From positions 19,468,001 through 19,532,000 of the forward strand of contig CM119385.1 of NCBI GenBank assembly GCA_051294905.1: a DNA stretch of 64,000 nt, read 5' to 3'. Below are positions 1-13,500 of this stretch, one piece after another. Source of the DNA: Botryllus schlosseri (taxonomy: Eukaryota). The notes below the pieces were generated by a model. That model had not been told where the DNA came from, ran no database searches, and worked only from the letters and a program-made list of their open reading frames with translations. The first letter of the stretch is position 1, and every line of letters begins with the position of its first letter. Both the position numbers and the translations under genes were made by a program.

Positions 1-1210
1 CATTAAGTGCATGCTAATGCAATACAGTACGACCGGGAGTTGCAGTTACATACAACACAGCGAGAGGTGAATTATCAAGTTTGAATGGAGATATTAAACC
101 ACCACTCAATCATTCAGTCATTTAGTGATTCTTCAATTTCAAATCATCGCCTATTTGTGAAGTCATGAACACATTGAACACGCATGCCTTGGCCAGTTCA
201 TTCGAGAGACACTCATCTCGACAATTATGTTGAAATGGTCAGAGGTGCTTTTACTCTCTGTAGCCTGCATAACATCCGGGCAATGCAGACCCGGAAATCC
301 GGTAATAGATTATATATAACTACGGGAATGATTATGTAATTGGGTTACGGCATTACTTTTTCTTGTACTTGAGTACCGGCAATGACTACATTTATAATTT
401 AGGTACCCAACATGGAACGCTGAACAGAACAACGGCGAAGATGCGGCTCTTCAAGTAAAAAGCATTGAAGTCTGGGCTAACTGATCCTATTTCTCATGTT
501 AATTGTTATGTTGTAATGGACAATACCCAACGTAAAATAAAATACAATTTGCTCTGATATCATTTTTATGTGATTTCGACCTAAACTTAATAATGGGTGA
601 CAATGTAGGAGTCCTGTTGTAAAAATATAGAGTATGCAAATATCTTGACACCATATCTGAATGACAGCGGATGCTACGGATCAGTGACGTGCAGTCAGGT
701 GAAGCAAGTGATGTAGTGCCTCACCCGTCGTCAGGATGAATAAAAGAATATTGTGATACCTTCAATGATTACAACAGCAATAGTTATGTGTATTGTCCAT
801 AGATCCTCATGAATAACTAATTTTGAGGTATTTTGACAGACAAAATCACGAAATTTGCAGATTAATTGTTCAAAAAATATCTATAGGCTATGTAAAAGGA
901 GATCATCGCAAATCATCATAAATAGCTCGGAATTTGTAATATCTGGTGTAAATGAATGTAATTGTGGTACTGGCCTCGGAAATAGGCAGAAAATAGACAG
1001 ATAGCCAACAGATCATGATGGAGCACTCTTACATCGGGCATTGGGCTGATGTGAATGTTAAAATGAGAGACTATACTTGCTCGTATCGATATCCTCCTAT
1101 CTGTTTATTCCATCGCATTGTGTATTGTGTATAGCATTGCACATTTTGTGTCTTCAGCGGCTAAAAATAGTATACCTACTGAGTATGATTACGATTAGGA
1201 TCATGAAGCG

Positions 1211-1551
1211 GTGTGTCCGGTCAATACCGGCAACACTATTACCGAGAAGGACAATACTGAGAATGGACATTACCGAGAATCGACAATACGGAGATTGGAC
1301 ATTACCGAGAGTGGAATATATGCAATGAAAGCATGTTATGCATATGACCAGGTCGTGTGTGTGGATCACGGCGTTGCCACATTCGGTATCGAGTCTCGGG
1401 TATAAATTTCTCGACAACGTTCTTGGCATTGGCCATTCTCGGTAATGTTCATTCTCGGTAATGTCCGTTCTCGGTAATGTCCATTCTCGGTAATTTTCGT
1501 TCTCGGTAATGTCCATTCTCGGTAATAGCATTCTCGGTAATAGTATGAAAC
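1211..1551. mobile_element. Foldback/MULE-like MITE with 16-bp subterminal repeats
   Basis: Seven copies of TTCTCGGTAAT at ~16-bp period (1436-1541) face about five reverse-complement copies (~1238-1315). The element is flanked by the direct repeat CATGAAGCG(GTG) at 1202 and 1552. Superfamily is inferred from the 9+ bp duplication. Confidence 0.65.
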
Positions 1552-2446
1552 CATGAAGCGGTGGTATCAACAAGGTTGACACAATATTAGTTAGCCGAGA
1601 GGTGGCAGTGGTAACGCGATTGCGTGGCTTGATATTGAGAGGAAAAAAGGGTTGAGTTCAGAGAGGCACGAGTACAAAACTAAAAATCAAACCACAGTTC
1701 TCCAACGTAGGTCTATTGTTCAAGTAGGGCTACACTGTACTGTGTGCTATGCGATGCGACTAATATGTGGTTATGTGATTGAGACCGCACGTTGTTTGCT
1801 ACAATTTTCATATACAGTTGAAAAGTGATAAATGTACATTGTACGTACAATGCTTATTGATCTGTAATCTAAAACGAAGTTCAGAATGTTGTTCTGGATA
1901 ATACTAATCCACTCCATTCTTTATGATATGGTGATCATCGGTAATGAGATGCATTCATAGGTCCAATATAAAGTGCATTTTGGATTGAGGTTTTGAGTGA
2001 TTGACTAAGGCTGATGGACTAACTTGGTTATTCAAGGAATTAAGTTTCCTCGTTTGCGGTGTGGATGTGATTCGCAATGTTTATTGTATCTGATACTGAA
2101 TTTCGAATTAAATCATTATGGAATGTAAATGTGTAACGTGTCAATATAATCCGTCAAATCTCTCAATCTTTCGATTGCACTTTCTGCCAACGACAAACAC
2201 TTGACATGGATTGCTATTCACGAGAATTGTAAGCAGTTAAATAATATTTTACATGTTTAAAACATGAAAAATATTTTAAATTAAAATATATGAGCCATTC
2301 GTACAGCCATCAGTCTGATACACAAAAGGCATTGTTGTTGCGTATGGTATTGATGGTGTTTGTCGACTACTATGGTCATTTACACTAGGCCAATTTTCGT
2401 CATTTTAATTCCGTAGCTGCCTACTTTTAGCACGGCTCGCTTCTAC

Positions 2447-2598
2447 GCTTTTTATAAGACACCGCTTGCACGGATGAGGTGGCGAGGAGGATCCTATAGA
2501 TAAGCCTCCAACACTTAGGTAAGGAATTCTGCAGTCGGCCTCGAACCCGCAACTCGTTGGTGTTGTAGCTGTGGATTATACCACTACGCTATCCCGCC
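2447..2598 (-). mobile_element. tRNA-derived SINE
   Basis: Minus strand reads GGCGGGA-TAGCGTAGTGG (A box)...GGTTCGAGGCC (B box), followed by a non-tRNA tail ending GCGGTGTCTTATAAAAAGC. Tail-like copies occur at ~18538-18600 and ~58121-58150. Confidence 0.7.
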
Positions 2599-3221
2599 AC
2601 GCAAAAAGCGAAATAGTTATTAAAAATGATGGTACGCAATATCATGCGATATAATTATTGATTGTCTGACCTTTAACCACACGGTGTTGATAAAGTATCT
2701 CTTTCAAGTGGTTAATAAATAATAATGTCGAGCAGCGCAATTACGGCGTTGAAGTACCAGAAACGGAAAACATCGCAACGTTATATTATTATTAAAGAAT
2801 GTTAGTTAAAGTAATCAAATTTCAGTTGATCGAAATCCATGAACCTATGCTAACTAGTCCGCGTGGTTGCTCTCAATTTCATCGGTGAAGTTAGTCAGTC
2901 AATAGCGAATAAATACAAGAGAAGCGCGTGAACGAAGAACGTCTTGACGCAACTGCACGTAACTGGCTATACATTATCTAGCTGCCTCTCTGCGACAGGA
3001 TTATGTTGTGTTATCATCAGTTCGTGTCAGTGTCGACTACTTATCTTGTCACTTTGAAGACGGCTTGTGAGCTATATAGCCTGTGTATTTCTACTTCATT
3101 TATGCTCCGAGCATTATGGCGAAAGCCAAATTTATCAGCGATGCTACGCAGGACTGGCAGGAGAAAACAGGAGAAACTTTTTTGTATTCAGCGTAACGCG
3201 AGTGACACAATTTACGATGTT

Positions 3222-3229
3222 TATAAATA
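3222..3229 (+). promoter_or_regulatory. Candidate TATA box
   Basis: TATAAATA ~290 bp upstream of the start codon; position only, no transcript data. Confidence 0.25.
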
Positions 3230-3375
3230 ACACAACTCTCTACAGTTGTTTCGTAGTTGCCCCGGATGGCATAGTATGAAGGACTGAAGGTAGAGAGAGA
3301 GTGGACTCGGTATTGAAATATTTATCGTATGGCATCAACTGCCTACGGCGATAATACCGGCGTTTGCCGGGTGTG

Positions 3376-3455
3376 GTAAGCATTCATTGCGGGTAGATTA
3401 CCGAGATCTATTGGCGTTTTAGTGAACGTTAAGTGGCAGATCTGCGTATTTACAG
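3376..3455 (+). other. Possible 80-nt 5'UTR intron (or trans-splice acceptor at 3455)
   Basis: GTG|GTAAGC donor at 3376 and GTATTTACAG| acceptor at 3455; length is near the gene's short-intron class. Confidence 0.35.
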
Positions 3456-3512
3456 GCATTCATGGTAATCGAGGCGTACTAATAGATCTGTCGCAAGTTT
3501 ATTAGCGAACGC

Positions 3513-4502
3513 ATGGTTACGACTGACATGAAGATGTGGTCAGGATGGAGATACCCTAATCCGGTGGCGTTGTTGCTGTTTGCGGCAGTAGCGGTGTCAC
3601 AGCACCCGCCGAGTTTGAATCCACCATCCGATATTGTCGAACGGGTTTCGCCGATCAATGTTCCTTACGGAAGATCAGTATTCATCAATCCCGTAACAGA
3701 TTTGAAAATCCGAGTCAAAGAAGGCGACAGATGCTTCGTCACGGTGATATCAGACCCGGCCGAAATCATGCCAGGCTACATCTCCCCCGAGCAGTTTCTA
3801 TGCGATTTCGGCCCGGAAGAAGTAACGTATTCTCACCTAGGCTCCAGAAGCCCGAGTCAACACCGGATTCGTCTGCAAATACGATATGATACGCCCACCG
3901 ACACTTACGTTATCCCAGTGACTCTAACAGTGAACGTTCTGTTCACACAACGTTCCGTCGTAACAGAGAACCTTTTTATTACGGTACCTGAACTAACCGG
4001 TACGTCCGAGCCGATCAACGCAAGTGTGTTACAATTTACATACGCACCGGAGAATACGTGTAACATCACAACGAATATAGTACCCTCGTCGTTACCCCAT
4101 TACGGTGAATTAATCGGCGATCCATCGCGCGGATACCCCGTATCATGCCGGGATTTTCTAGCGGCAGCAGTGCGATACAGGCATACAGCAGCCACTGATT
4201 CTCCCAACAGAGACCACATACCCATGGTTGTGGATATTCTGAACAGCGACGGGGAAGTCGTACAGCAGGAATACTTTCACGTAGAAGTTCGCATCGCAGG
4301 CGGATTGGAAAATACTCCGCCCATATCGGATTTCTCGGCTGCAATGATGATGCAGATCGACCAATTTGTGATGACGGCCGTAACGCCTGAGATGTTGCGC
4401 GCCGAAGACAAGGAGTCAAACCCACGCGACTTGGTGTACAACATCACAAAACCCCTGGGCCCCCACGAAGGCGGTTTCTTTAGTACCTACGATAGGAATC
4501 AG
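3513..4502 (+). CDS. FREM2: FREM2-like coding exon 1 (signal peptide, NV region, start of CSPG1)
   Basis: [11 protein letters not shown]...[13 protein letters not shown]...STYDRNQ; 990 nt; donor CAG|GTACGC, phase 0. The start could instead be the ATG at 3528. Confidence 0.92.
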
Positions 4503-7500
4503 GTACGCATACCATATTCAAACAGTTCTCTTCGGAAGGGGTATGATCATTGTTTTCGTCACATATAGCATGTTCAAACCGAAAACAGTGTACGCCCACT
4601 ATAGTCGATTCCTAATGTAAACCCCTGTGGTTGCTGTAGGTAGTATGTGCTGTTGCCTCGATTTCTTTGATCTCACAATACCATCAATGGTATACTTGTA
4701 AAGAGTTTGATCGTTAACATGTTGGTGTAATTTTCGAACACGCTGTAATGTATTGTCGGCGGTAGGAGTGTCTCCCGTCACATATCCGCAGATATTGTCG
4801 CGTCAAACTGGCCTTTTCATTCCGGAGGAATGTGCTATGCCACTCGCCCAGTGGTTTGGAGGGCTTCGATTCCCTTGAAAAGCACCTTTCGTGGTGGATA
4901 TGCTTACACGGATTGGCACAGGGTACACTCAAGTGCCTGTATTGATCTGTCGATTGTGACTCATCCACACTGGTTGAGACCGCGCTATTTCACGAGTGGA
5001 CTTAGTTGGAAAACCGAACACTCGACATTGAAACGAGTGAATAGTAGGCGTACAATGTGACGACTGTTTACATTACGAGATAGGACATTTCCGTAAACAC
5101 GTGTCGTTGGTATTGACCAAGGAAGTGTACTGGTGTTCCTAGAAGGTCGCAATATCTTTAGTGAAATTCATAATCCCAACACTGGAATATAGGGCTGCAA
5201 CTTGGTAACCACATATATGTAGCCCCATTGTATGTAATGGATCAAAACTCAAATTATGTTTCGCATTTGATCCAAGAATCCAAGTCCTACTCGTTATACT
5301 GTATTCACATTGACATAATGTCAATCTACAACCCATAAGTTCGCATCTTGAATATGCCGAGAGTAATGTTATTTGAAAATCCAAACCGTATGCTGTAGAA
5401 TCTCACGCTGAAGCGCGAAACTCTCGACATCGAAATGTGAGAGAGAGAGAGTCTTTATTTTCATCGAACCAAAATACATAACAAACGGCAGTGATGGTGG
5501 TACAGAAAATATGCGTGCACAGTATTCGGTATTAGATAGGAATGATCGATAAGACCGTGAAGGTCATCTAGTCTGATCACACCAGCATCAAACAGGTACA
5601 CTTGACTCAGAACAGTCTGGCTGTGGAAAAATGTTTAGTTAGGAAAGGAAAATATAAAAAAAAAATTAAACAATGGTAGCAAATGATCAATGAAGCAATG
5701 TCTGGGCGAGGTAGGGCAACAGTGTTAGTGTAACGACAAGAGGCGATCAAGTAGGGCTTTTTTGAATCTATTATAAGGCAATTCACGGATATGTGATGGT
5801 AATGCATTCCAGATGATAGGTCCCGAGTAGTCGATAGATCTCTTAGTTAGGTTGCTATTGGGTTGGGGTAAGTAGACGTGGATTTCATTCTGATTTGTAT
5901 TCGTTTCATCACATCAAAATTAGAGAATGACTTGTGACTCGTATTCTCGCGACTCGGTTACATCCCTTGCTCACGACCCATGTATTCTGTGCAGGAGATC
6001 ACCTCGTTCAGTCAAGCTGACGTTAACGACTTGGTGATAGCCTACAAGCCACCAGCAGCCGACTCCGACGAAATGAGATTTATCGAAGTCAAGATGCAGA
6101 TTATTGACACGGAGGGACTGATGTCTGAGCCGTTTGACTTCGCAATCGCAATAAATCCTATGAACACAATGGCTCCAGTTGTTACGATGAACACCGGGCA
6201 ACTGCTTTATCAGGTAAACACAAGGTATTTCTCGCTGCTATGTGATGTATACGGTACGCAATACCCTCCATTGCTATGCTCGTTCCCAAGTCACCAAAGA
6301 AAACTAGGTTCGAAGTCCGGGACATTTGTCAACTTTTCCGTGTGGTTTGAAATGTGCATTGTCGACATGTGTGCTTTGCGTGACCCCGATAGTGAGGGTA
6401 CCGGTAGCGAGTATTTTGCACATCGGCGCGTAGACAGTAGACACTGGACAGCTGTTAACTGGCAAATAGGCTACCATGGTTGACATTCTTTTTAACCACA
6501 CAGAAATAATAATATTACGGTATGGCACATACATTTTTTGCTTTGTAATTGCACTTGTGCGATGTCAGAAGATTATCATTTCATCAGAGTCTTCTTGAAA
6601 ATTTCCTCTTACAGTATTCCTGCGTCGCCCGCGACTTGTATGTTACGAATTTGGAATTTGTGTTATCATTTCAGGGCCAATCGCGCGCGCTTACGTCTCA
6701 TAGCAACTTGGAGATATCGGACGAAGATAACCTCGCAAACGTCAAGATATCTGTGGCCAACAAACCCCGACACGGTACCCTCAACACAGACGGGAAGGAC
6801 TATTTTACGCCCGCAGATTTAGACGCCGGTCTAGTGGTATACCAACACGATGGCACCAATACATACAGGTGAATACATGTGTTCCATATACAGTTGTGCC
6901 CGCAAATTTTCAGCAAAGTGTCGTGATATTGTTTTTCACCTCACAGTCCAATCATTTGTTTGCTGAACTGGTGTTGCAATTTCTATTATGGGGACACCGC
7001 CATTGACAGTAACTTGCCACAACGCAAGCAAAATACCTGCATTTCAGCATTACTTCTTACATCGGTCAGCAAACAGTAATTTATCAACGATACAACGCTC
7101 TGGCACCCGTTATCTCAATATTGTATGAATTACCGTGTTTGCCAAACGCGAAAATGGGTACTGTTCTCGGTCTATTTCTGCGATTACAGACACTGCAAAT
7201 TGGTTCTGTGTCTGAGCATATATACAAAACTTTGCTGTGTTGATTTTCGAGCCAACGGGGTCGCTGTCAAGAAATTACGTGACAAATAAACCGCATGTAC
7301 CACCTTACGAATAGTTCGTTCGCTGAATGCGTCAGCTTAAATGTTTATGTCAATCTTAAGTGTTGATATTTGTTGCAGTGTCGAAATATTTGAATTTTTG
7401 TGTTTACATCAGATCAGCGAAACATACCTGGTCATGCTCGCTATATGCTAGAAGTTAGAAGTAGCCTCCTCATGCAGCATCCAATGCTCCGTCAGCTTAT

Positions 7501-10500
7501 GTAGTATTGTAGGCCTGGAATGTGACATTTGGCTTTTCATGGTTGACTGCTAGATAGTGTATAGCAACACCGTCACCGAAATACTCGAGAGTGGAATGTA
7601 TCTACGTATTAAAGCTAATATTGACCGAACCATAGCCCGTTTTAATCGCCTGCTATAAATAATGCTGCAACCATTTGTTTTTATGAGGGTCGCGACGCTG
7701 TGTAGAACAGCCCTTTGTACGTAAAGGTCGTACAGTCACCTGTTGTGCACTAACTCCAACATATGCGGGCAACAAAATTATGTTATAATGATGCATTGAT
7801 ATCGGCGCATGCGTAGAATTTATGGATATATACATAACATGACAGAAACTCAAAAAGATATTACCGTATCACACGTAATATGCTTTCCTTCCTATGCTTT
7901 CATCCTACATCGCAAACATTGTGACGTAACAGAAACGGTTTGGGCGCAGCTGTGGCGGTCTGACCACTTTGATCTGCCATCTACTTTGTCACTTTTATGG
8001 CTTCTGTCTGGCAGTACGTTAAACTCTCTTTAATATTGTTTGACAGTGATAATATCATTTTTCAAATGACGGACGGGACGAATGTGGTTCAGTTCCTATT
8101 TCCCATCATAATCGCGTCTGTTGACAACACCGCACCAGTGAGTACTGTAATGAAGTCTGTTTGTATTAGTACGCCTCTAATGTTACCGAATCTCGCCAGG
8201 TTCTTGACTTCAACACCGTGCTCACCGTGAATAAAGGCGAGACCAAAATGATTTCAAAATACACTCTGAGCGCTGTCGATATCGACTCTGACGACAGGCG
8301 TATACAATTCGTATTAGAAGAGCCGTATTCCTCCATCGGGAAATTCCTTCTCGTAAAAAGCGACCCGAGAGAAGACCTGGACGCGTGGGTTGAGCGCGCG
8401 GACGGAAATTGGGAAAAGGAAGTCAGGCAATTCTCGAAAGAGAACTTGGATCTAGAACAGGTACGAACACTTACATGGTGCGCCCATATCTAAACGATTG
8501 TATTCTCCTCGATTCGTGGGGGTCCACTACACCATCAACGGCGAATTGGTATTTACACCCCTTTTCCACAACACCATTAACGGCATAGTCATATTTTCAC
8601 CCGTTTCTTCCCGCCCGTGTTGGGTGATTTTCTACAACACCATAAGGTTAAGTTTATAATTTCACTCTTGCCTTCTCTCCCGGCCCGTAAGTTCATTGCT
8701 CATGCGATCCAATACGAGACAGCAAACATTACTGTAGATTTTGTAAAGATGCAAGCAATGGGTTGTGTTTTACTGCGCTATCAACTTTTGAGAATTGGTA
8801 GTTGATAGACTAGCTTTCCTTTCATTGAGTAGTAATCCACCGGTACCCTGCTACTTACGGCCCAGTGTAGTCAATGCATTGTCTTACTGTAGTCATCGTC
8901 GTTTTATCGCGATTAGCGCACCGATCATGTGTCGATTTATATCCACGCAGTGTCATTGTGCTGGTATGAATTCGCGATCATGTCCGGTTTTATCGACTTT
9001 CGTTATCAACAACATAGTGGGAAGACATCTAAAGTGTTCTCGACTTGTCGCTCAAGAAATCTGGTCATATTGTAGTTCTGTTTATTTTGACGTGAGTTCA
9101 AAGCAGTGTTGGCTAAAGGCGGACGTAATCAGTAACTCTGGCGAAGGCTTTGCAGATTTGAACGCTGCAAGTCTAGGCGATTATATCCAGATGTGCCATA
9201 TATCTGTCCTTGATGGATTGACGCCTTGCGAATGATAGTAAAAAGGAATCCGTGGCTGCGGGTATTAATTCACGGGTCATCTTTCCAAGTCTCTTGATTC
9301 GTTTGGTGCTTTATACTTCTGCCTTATAACAACACACACTTTTCAAAGAATGTTCAAAATATGTAGGTTTGTATGCTGGATTTCATAGGTGATCAGGACG
9401 GTAACGAAGTAGCTCTACTTTTTCGCAGTACTCATGTAGCTTTTACCTACTTGCGCTACCTACTAAAGTGGTTAGTCTGTAGACTCCTTCCACTTCTACT
9501 TAACAGTTTCCAATTCTCGGCCAAAACCAAGCCCGGAATACTCATTTAATACTTCTTCGGAAATAACTACTTGTACCTAGTTCAGCTAGTTGTGCTTGAG
9601 TAGAAATCTATGACGTTACTTCTGCTCCTACGCCAGTACCAAAGAATACTTTGACTTTACTCTACTTGCAAGTATCAAACATAGCAAGTTTGTTTATTTA
9701 ATTTAACAATGGCTCTAATCCCTATTTCGGTCATTTGCGCCATGGTAGTGAATGTTGTGATGTCCGTAGGTCTCTTTTCTTTTTTGTACGGTTTCGGGCA
9801 TAGCTAGTAGCTGCCGATCGATAATAATCGCTCTAGCTTGGGAATTTAACATCGTACAATCACGTCATATTGTCCATTTTCGTTTTTGCCCAAATATGCG
9901 TCGCCACCTTTCGCTAATCATCGGATTATTGTGATATTTCGCGTTTTGGTCGCGACGCGCGCATGTCGATTGATTCCCGCCCCGTGAAACAACATAATTC
10001 CGCCATTGCCGATCTCCCGACAGGTTTATTATCGTCACATCGGACCGCACTCAACCAAGGTTGTTCTAGACAACGTGCGTTTTCGCGTACAAGACGATAA
10101 CGTGCCGCCCAACAAGTCGCCCGTCGAAACGTTCGTAGTTAAAATCATACCGGTCGATGACATTCCGCCGAAGAAGCATTCGGCCGCTACGTTACAGGTA
10201 AGCGATGCGTCTCTACCTACAGTACCCGATAGGACCGTTGGTTTGGGATTGAATACACCCTATCACCCTATCACCATATACGTCATATCTGATCAATTTA
10301 CACGAAACCAACTGTTGCGCATTGTAATGCAATGCAATGCACTGTTGCGCATTGTAATGAAGTAGACGTCTGTGGTTTATGTGCAATTTACTCGTGGTGT
10401 AAACAGATGATATTCGCACACTGATTAACGTATTTACGTACTATTGAAGAATTGAACTTTTCCGTGCTGTTGTTTATTGGCTTCTGTAAGTACAGCACTT

Positions 10501-13500
10501 CAATATCGCAACAAACAATATATTAATATTGCAGAATTTATCGCACATCTAAGCTTTTAGACTGACTCTGGAGGGAACGTCATTTACGGTAATTTCCTGA
10601 CATTTATTGACGTTCGCTCCTGATGAGATTGAGTCGAAAATCTTTGAGTAGAATAAATTTGGCGATATGGAGATATTGTTTGTTGCGATTTTGCTCTGAT
10701 AGGTTACGTTCGGCGCGGTTATCGGCTTTCGATAAATGGCGATGAATATCACACACTTTTATGAAATAAGCTCCTTTCAGAAGGTGTGCAATGTGCATTC
10801 GTGAGGGTTTGATGCGACATCGTGGCTATATGTGATCCTGAAATTGAATTTAAAACTATATTTTAGTGCGAAACAGTTTAAACATGACACGATTACTAAG
10901 TGTGCATTTATTATGCTTACTGAGCGCTTGATTTCTCGTTCAATGTTGTTTTAACGCCCGAATCCATATTGGGCGAGGAAAAGTTATCTGTGTATTGATT
11001 TTGTATGTTCATACTTGTAAGCAGGGATGGCAATACGAATCTCTGATTCGAAAGAAATTCCAATAATTTTCGATATTATCCGATTCGAATCGGGGGTTTT
11101 GAACCAGATCAGATCCTTAAAATGATCGAACCATATGATTTCAAGCGACTCAACATCAATAATCGCATTGAGTCTACTTTGTATCTTCTCATTTTGAAAA
11201 ATCGTAGTTGACAATTCCAATTGACCATATGTTAACTGCCTAGCTCGTGTCTATCACGTGCTCAAAGTTAACACGAAACTTTGAAGAGGTAGCGAGTGCA
11301 AGTATTTTAACATTACTGGTATATGTGTGACGAAGGGCTATACGGCAAAATAAAATACTCTTTTGTGCAACTTTTTGTCTGTTGTCGTTTTAGCATTTAG
11401 CAGTGATTCTGACTTTCTCTGTAGTTGACACAGCCACTGTGAAGTATCGCCATGCTCCCTTAACCACAACCAGTCATGTGTTATTTTATCGAAGATGTAC
11501 GTCGACGAGTTTCAACAAACCACAATCGGCAAAGGCATGCTACGGTACACAGACGAAGACACGGACAATAGGGAGTTACTGTACACAATCACGGAGCCGC
11601 TGACAGAATTGTCATCGGGCGCTGACTTGCTGGATTTTGGTACGGCTTTGAATTTCGCTGCCTTCGACGCGACGCCTTTCACCACGTTGCCTTCATTATC
11701 TCGCCGTGTCTGCTTTGAGTTTATGTATTCTTCGAATCCTCTCATGCGGAACACCAAAACAAAGTCTTTCGTTTGCTGTTCTAATCTCTGTTTACGGCCA
11801 CATGTCTTCTAATGTTTAGTCAGTTTTGAGTTACGGTGCTGATTTCCTCGCGACCGATTCGGACGACTCGCTTGTTTACAACAAAATATGAGTTCATGTG
11901 TTAATAAATCCTTGCTGGGATCGAGATAAATTGCGATCCGTCCAATGCGGGTGTTGATACTTGCTGTGACACTAGTTGTATCCGATTCAGGCCAAATTAT
12001 CAATGTCGATTCCGGCACGGAAGTGGGCACTTTCACGCAATCGCAAATCAATCACCACAAGATAGCGTACAAGCCTCCAGACACGGAACTGGGTCTGGTG
12101 TCGAGAGTGCTGAAATTCACATTTTCGGTGGAAGACAATGCCGCTAACGCGATCGTGGGTCAAGTGAGTCACGCGAATTGTGGGCAAGCGTGTGTGTCAT
12201 TACTGCAACTGTGTTTGCTTATACCTGCCAGGAGTTTACACTGATTTTGCGTCCCGTCGACAATAAGCCGCCTGAAATTGTAAACACGGGATTCCAAGTC
12301 TTGGAGCGACACAGCGCGAACATTACTTCGGAAGTTTTGGATGTCACCGATCCGGATAGTAGCGAAGAAATGCTCACATTTCTGCTGACGAAAACGCCGG
12401 CTAAAGGAGCCGTATACTTTGACGACATCCCGCTTGAGAAAGGTAACGGCTGCGATTCTGCCGGATTTTTTTAAATTTCGCTACAACTGATTGACAATAA
12501 ATGCTAGCCAGCGCTAGAAATCACAGGGCCACGATCTGACATATCGACTTCGTTCTGTTTTCACAGCATGTTGGCATTTTTTATTTCTCGATAGGTTTTC
12601 CAAATCAACGATAATGTATTTTTTAAACTGTGCTAATACTGAAACAGATAGGGTCCGGATTCAACACTGTAGAGGTCCGCGGACCATGGTCCGCCCGTTG
12701 AATAGCGCTATTCTAGGTCAAGAGTGGACGTCTGATTAAAAGAAAACTCCAAGTCATCTTGACACCTTCCTATCCTTTCATTTCATCGCAATGTTTTGGT
12801 GTTGCTCAATCGTTGAACATAAATAAACGAATGAATAGCATCCTTCGTTTATCATACCTACAGGGTCGACTTTTACGAAAAGAGACATCGCCGAAGCGCA
12901 CATTTCATACCAGCACAACGGGGATGAATCTACCATCGACGAATTCAGTCTTGACGTTTCTGACGGGATGCACGACATCCCGATTAAAGTCAGAATAAAC
13001 GTGACGCCTATCGATGACGAAACGCCCGAATTGGCGGCTCCTCTGGAAGGCGCTTTGGCTTTTAAAGTTGTGGCGAAGGAAGGAGGAACGGTTCCTATTA
13101 CGTCCAAGGTGCGTAAATTGAGCGATGTGAACTTCGTATGACGTTAAGATCGTATTTCAGCGATATTCATGTCATGCGCGAATTACGCTTCCTCATCGCC
13201 GATATTATGTTATGTATTCAAAGTAGCTTGAAATCTCTTCAAAGATGCGTTTTATTCTCAATTGCCTGTCGTGCAGCTGGTATATGTATTTAAAATCTCG
13301 CCCGGGCGACTTTTTTCTTTCGTTAGTCGTGTTCTATGTGCTGGCAGAAAGCACTTGGTATTTTACCACTGCTGTCTGCCACCGATCCGATACCATCGAC
13401 CATAAATGATGAACTATATATAAATATGCCATTCGGGGTATAAAACTTTATAATCGCATTAATCTGTGACTTCATGCGTTAATTTAATCATTGATACCAA

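Noticed and set aside
1077-1582. Overlapping ORFs with repeated peptides (TLPRTDITENE)
   Set aside because: Artefacts of the 16-bp repeats of the foldback element.
2520-2598. Functional tRNA gene
   Set aside because: A and B boxes are present, but the 5' GGCGGGA has no complementary 3' acceptor strand and the sequence continues into a dispersed tail.
4503-4568. 351-aa ORF as a complete standalone protein
   Set aside because: The last 21 residues are read-through into intron 1; splicing at 4502 joins exon 2 in frame.
4570-5000. Possible decayed LINE or other TE coding fragment on the minus strand of intron 1
   Set aside because: The peptides look vaguely protein-like, but I can match no diagnostic motif; a BLASTX would be needed.
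10311-10359. 19-bp direct repeat separated by AATGC units
   Set aside because: Simple slippage duplication with no further structure.
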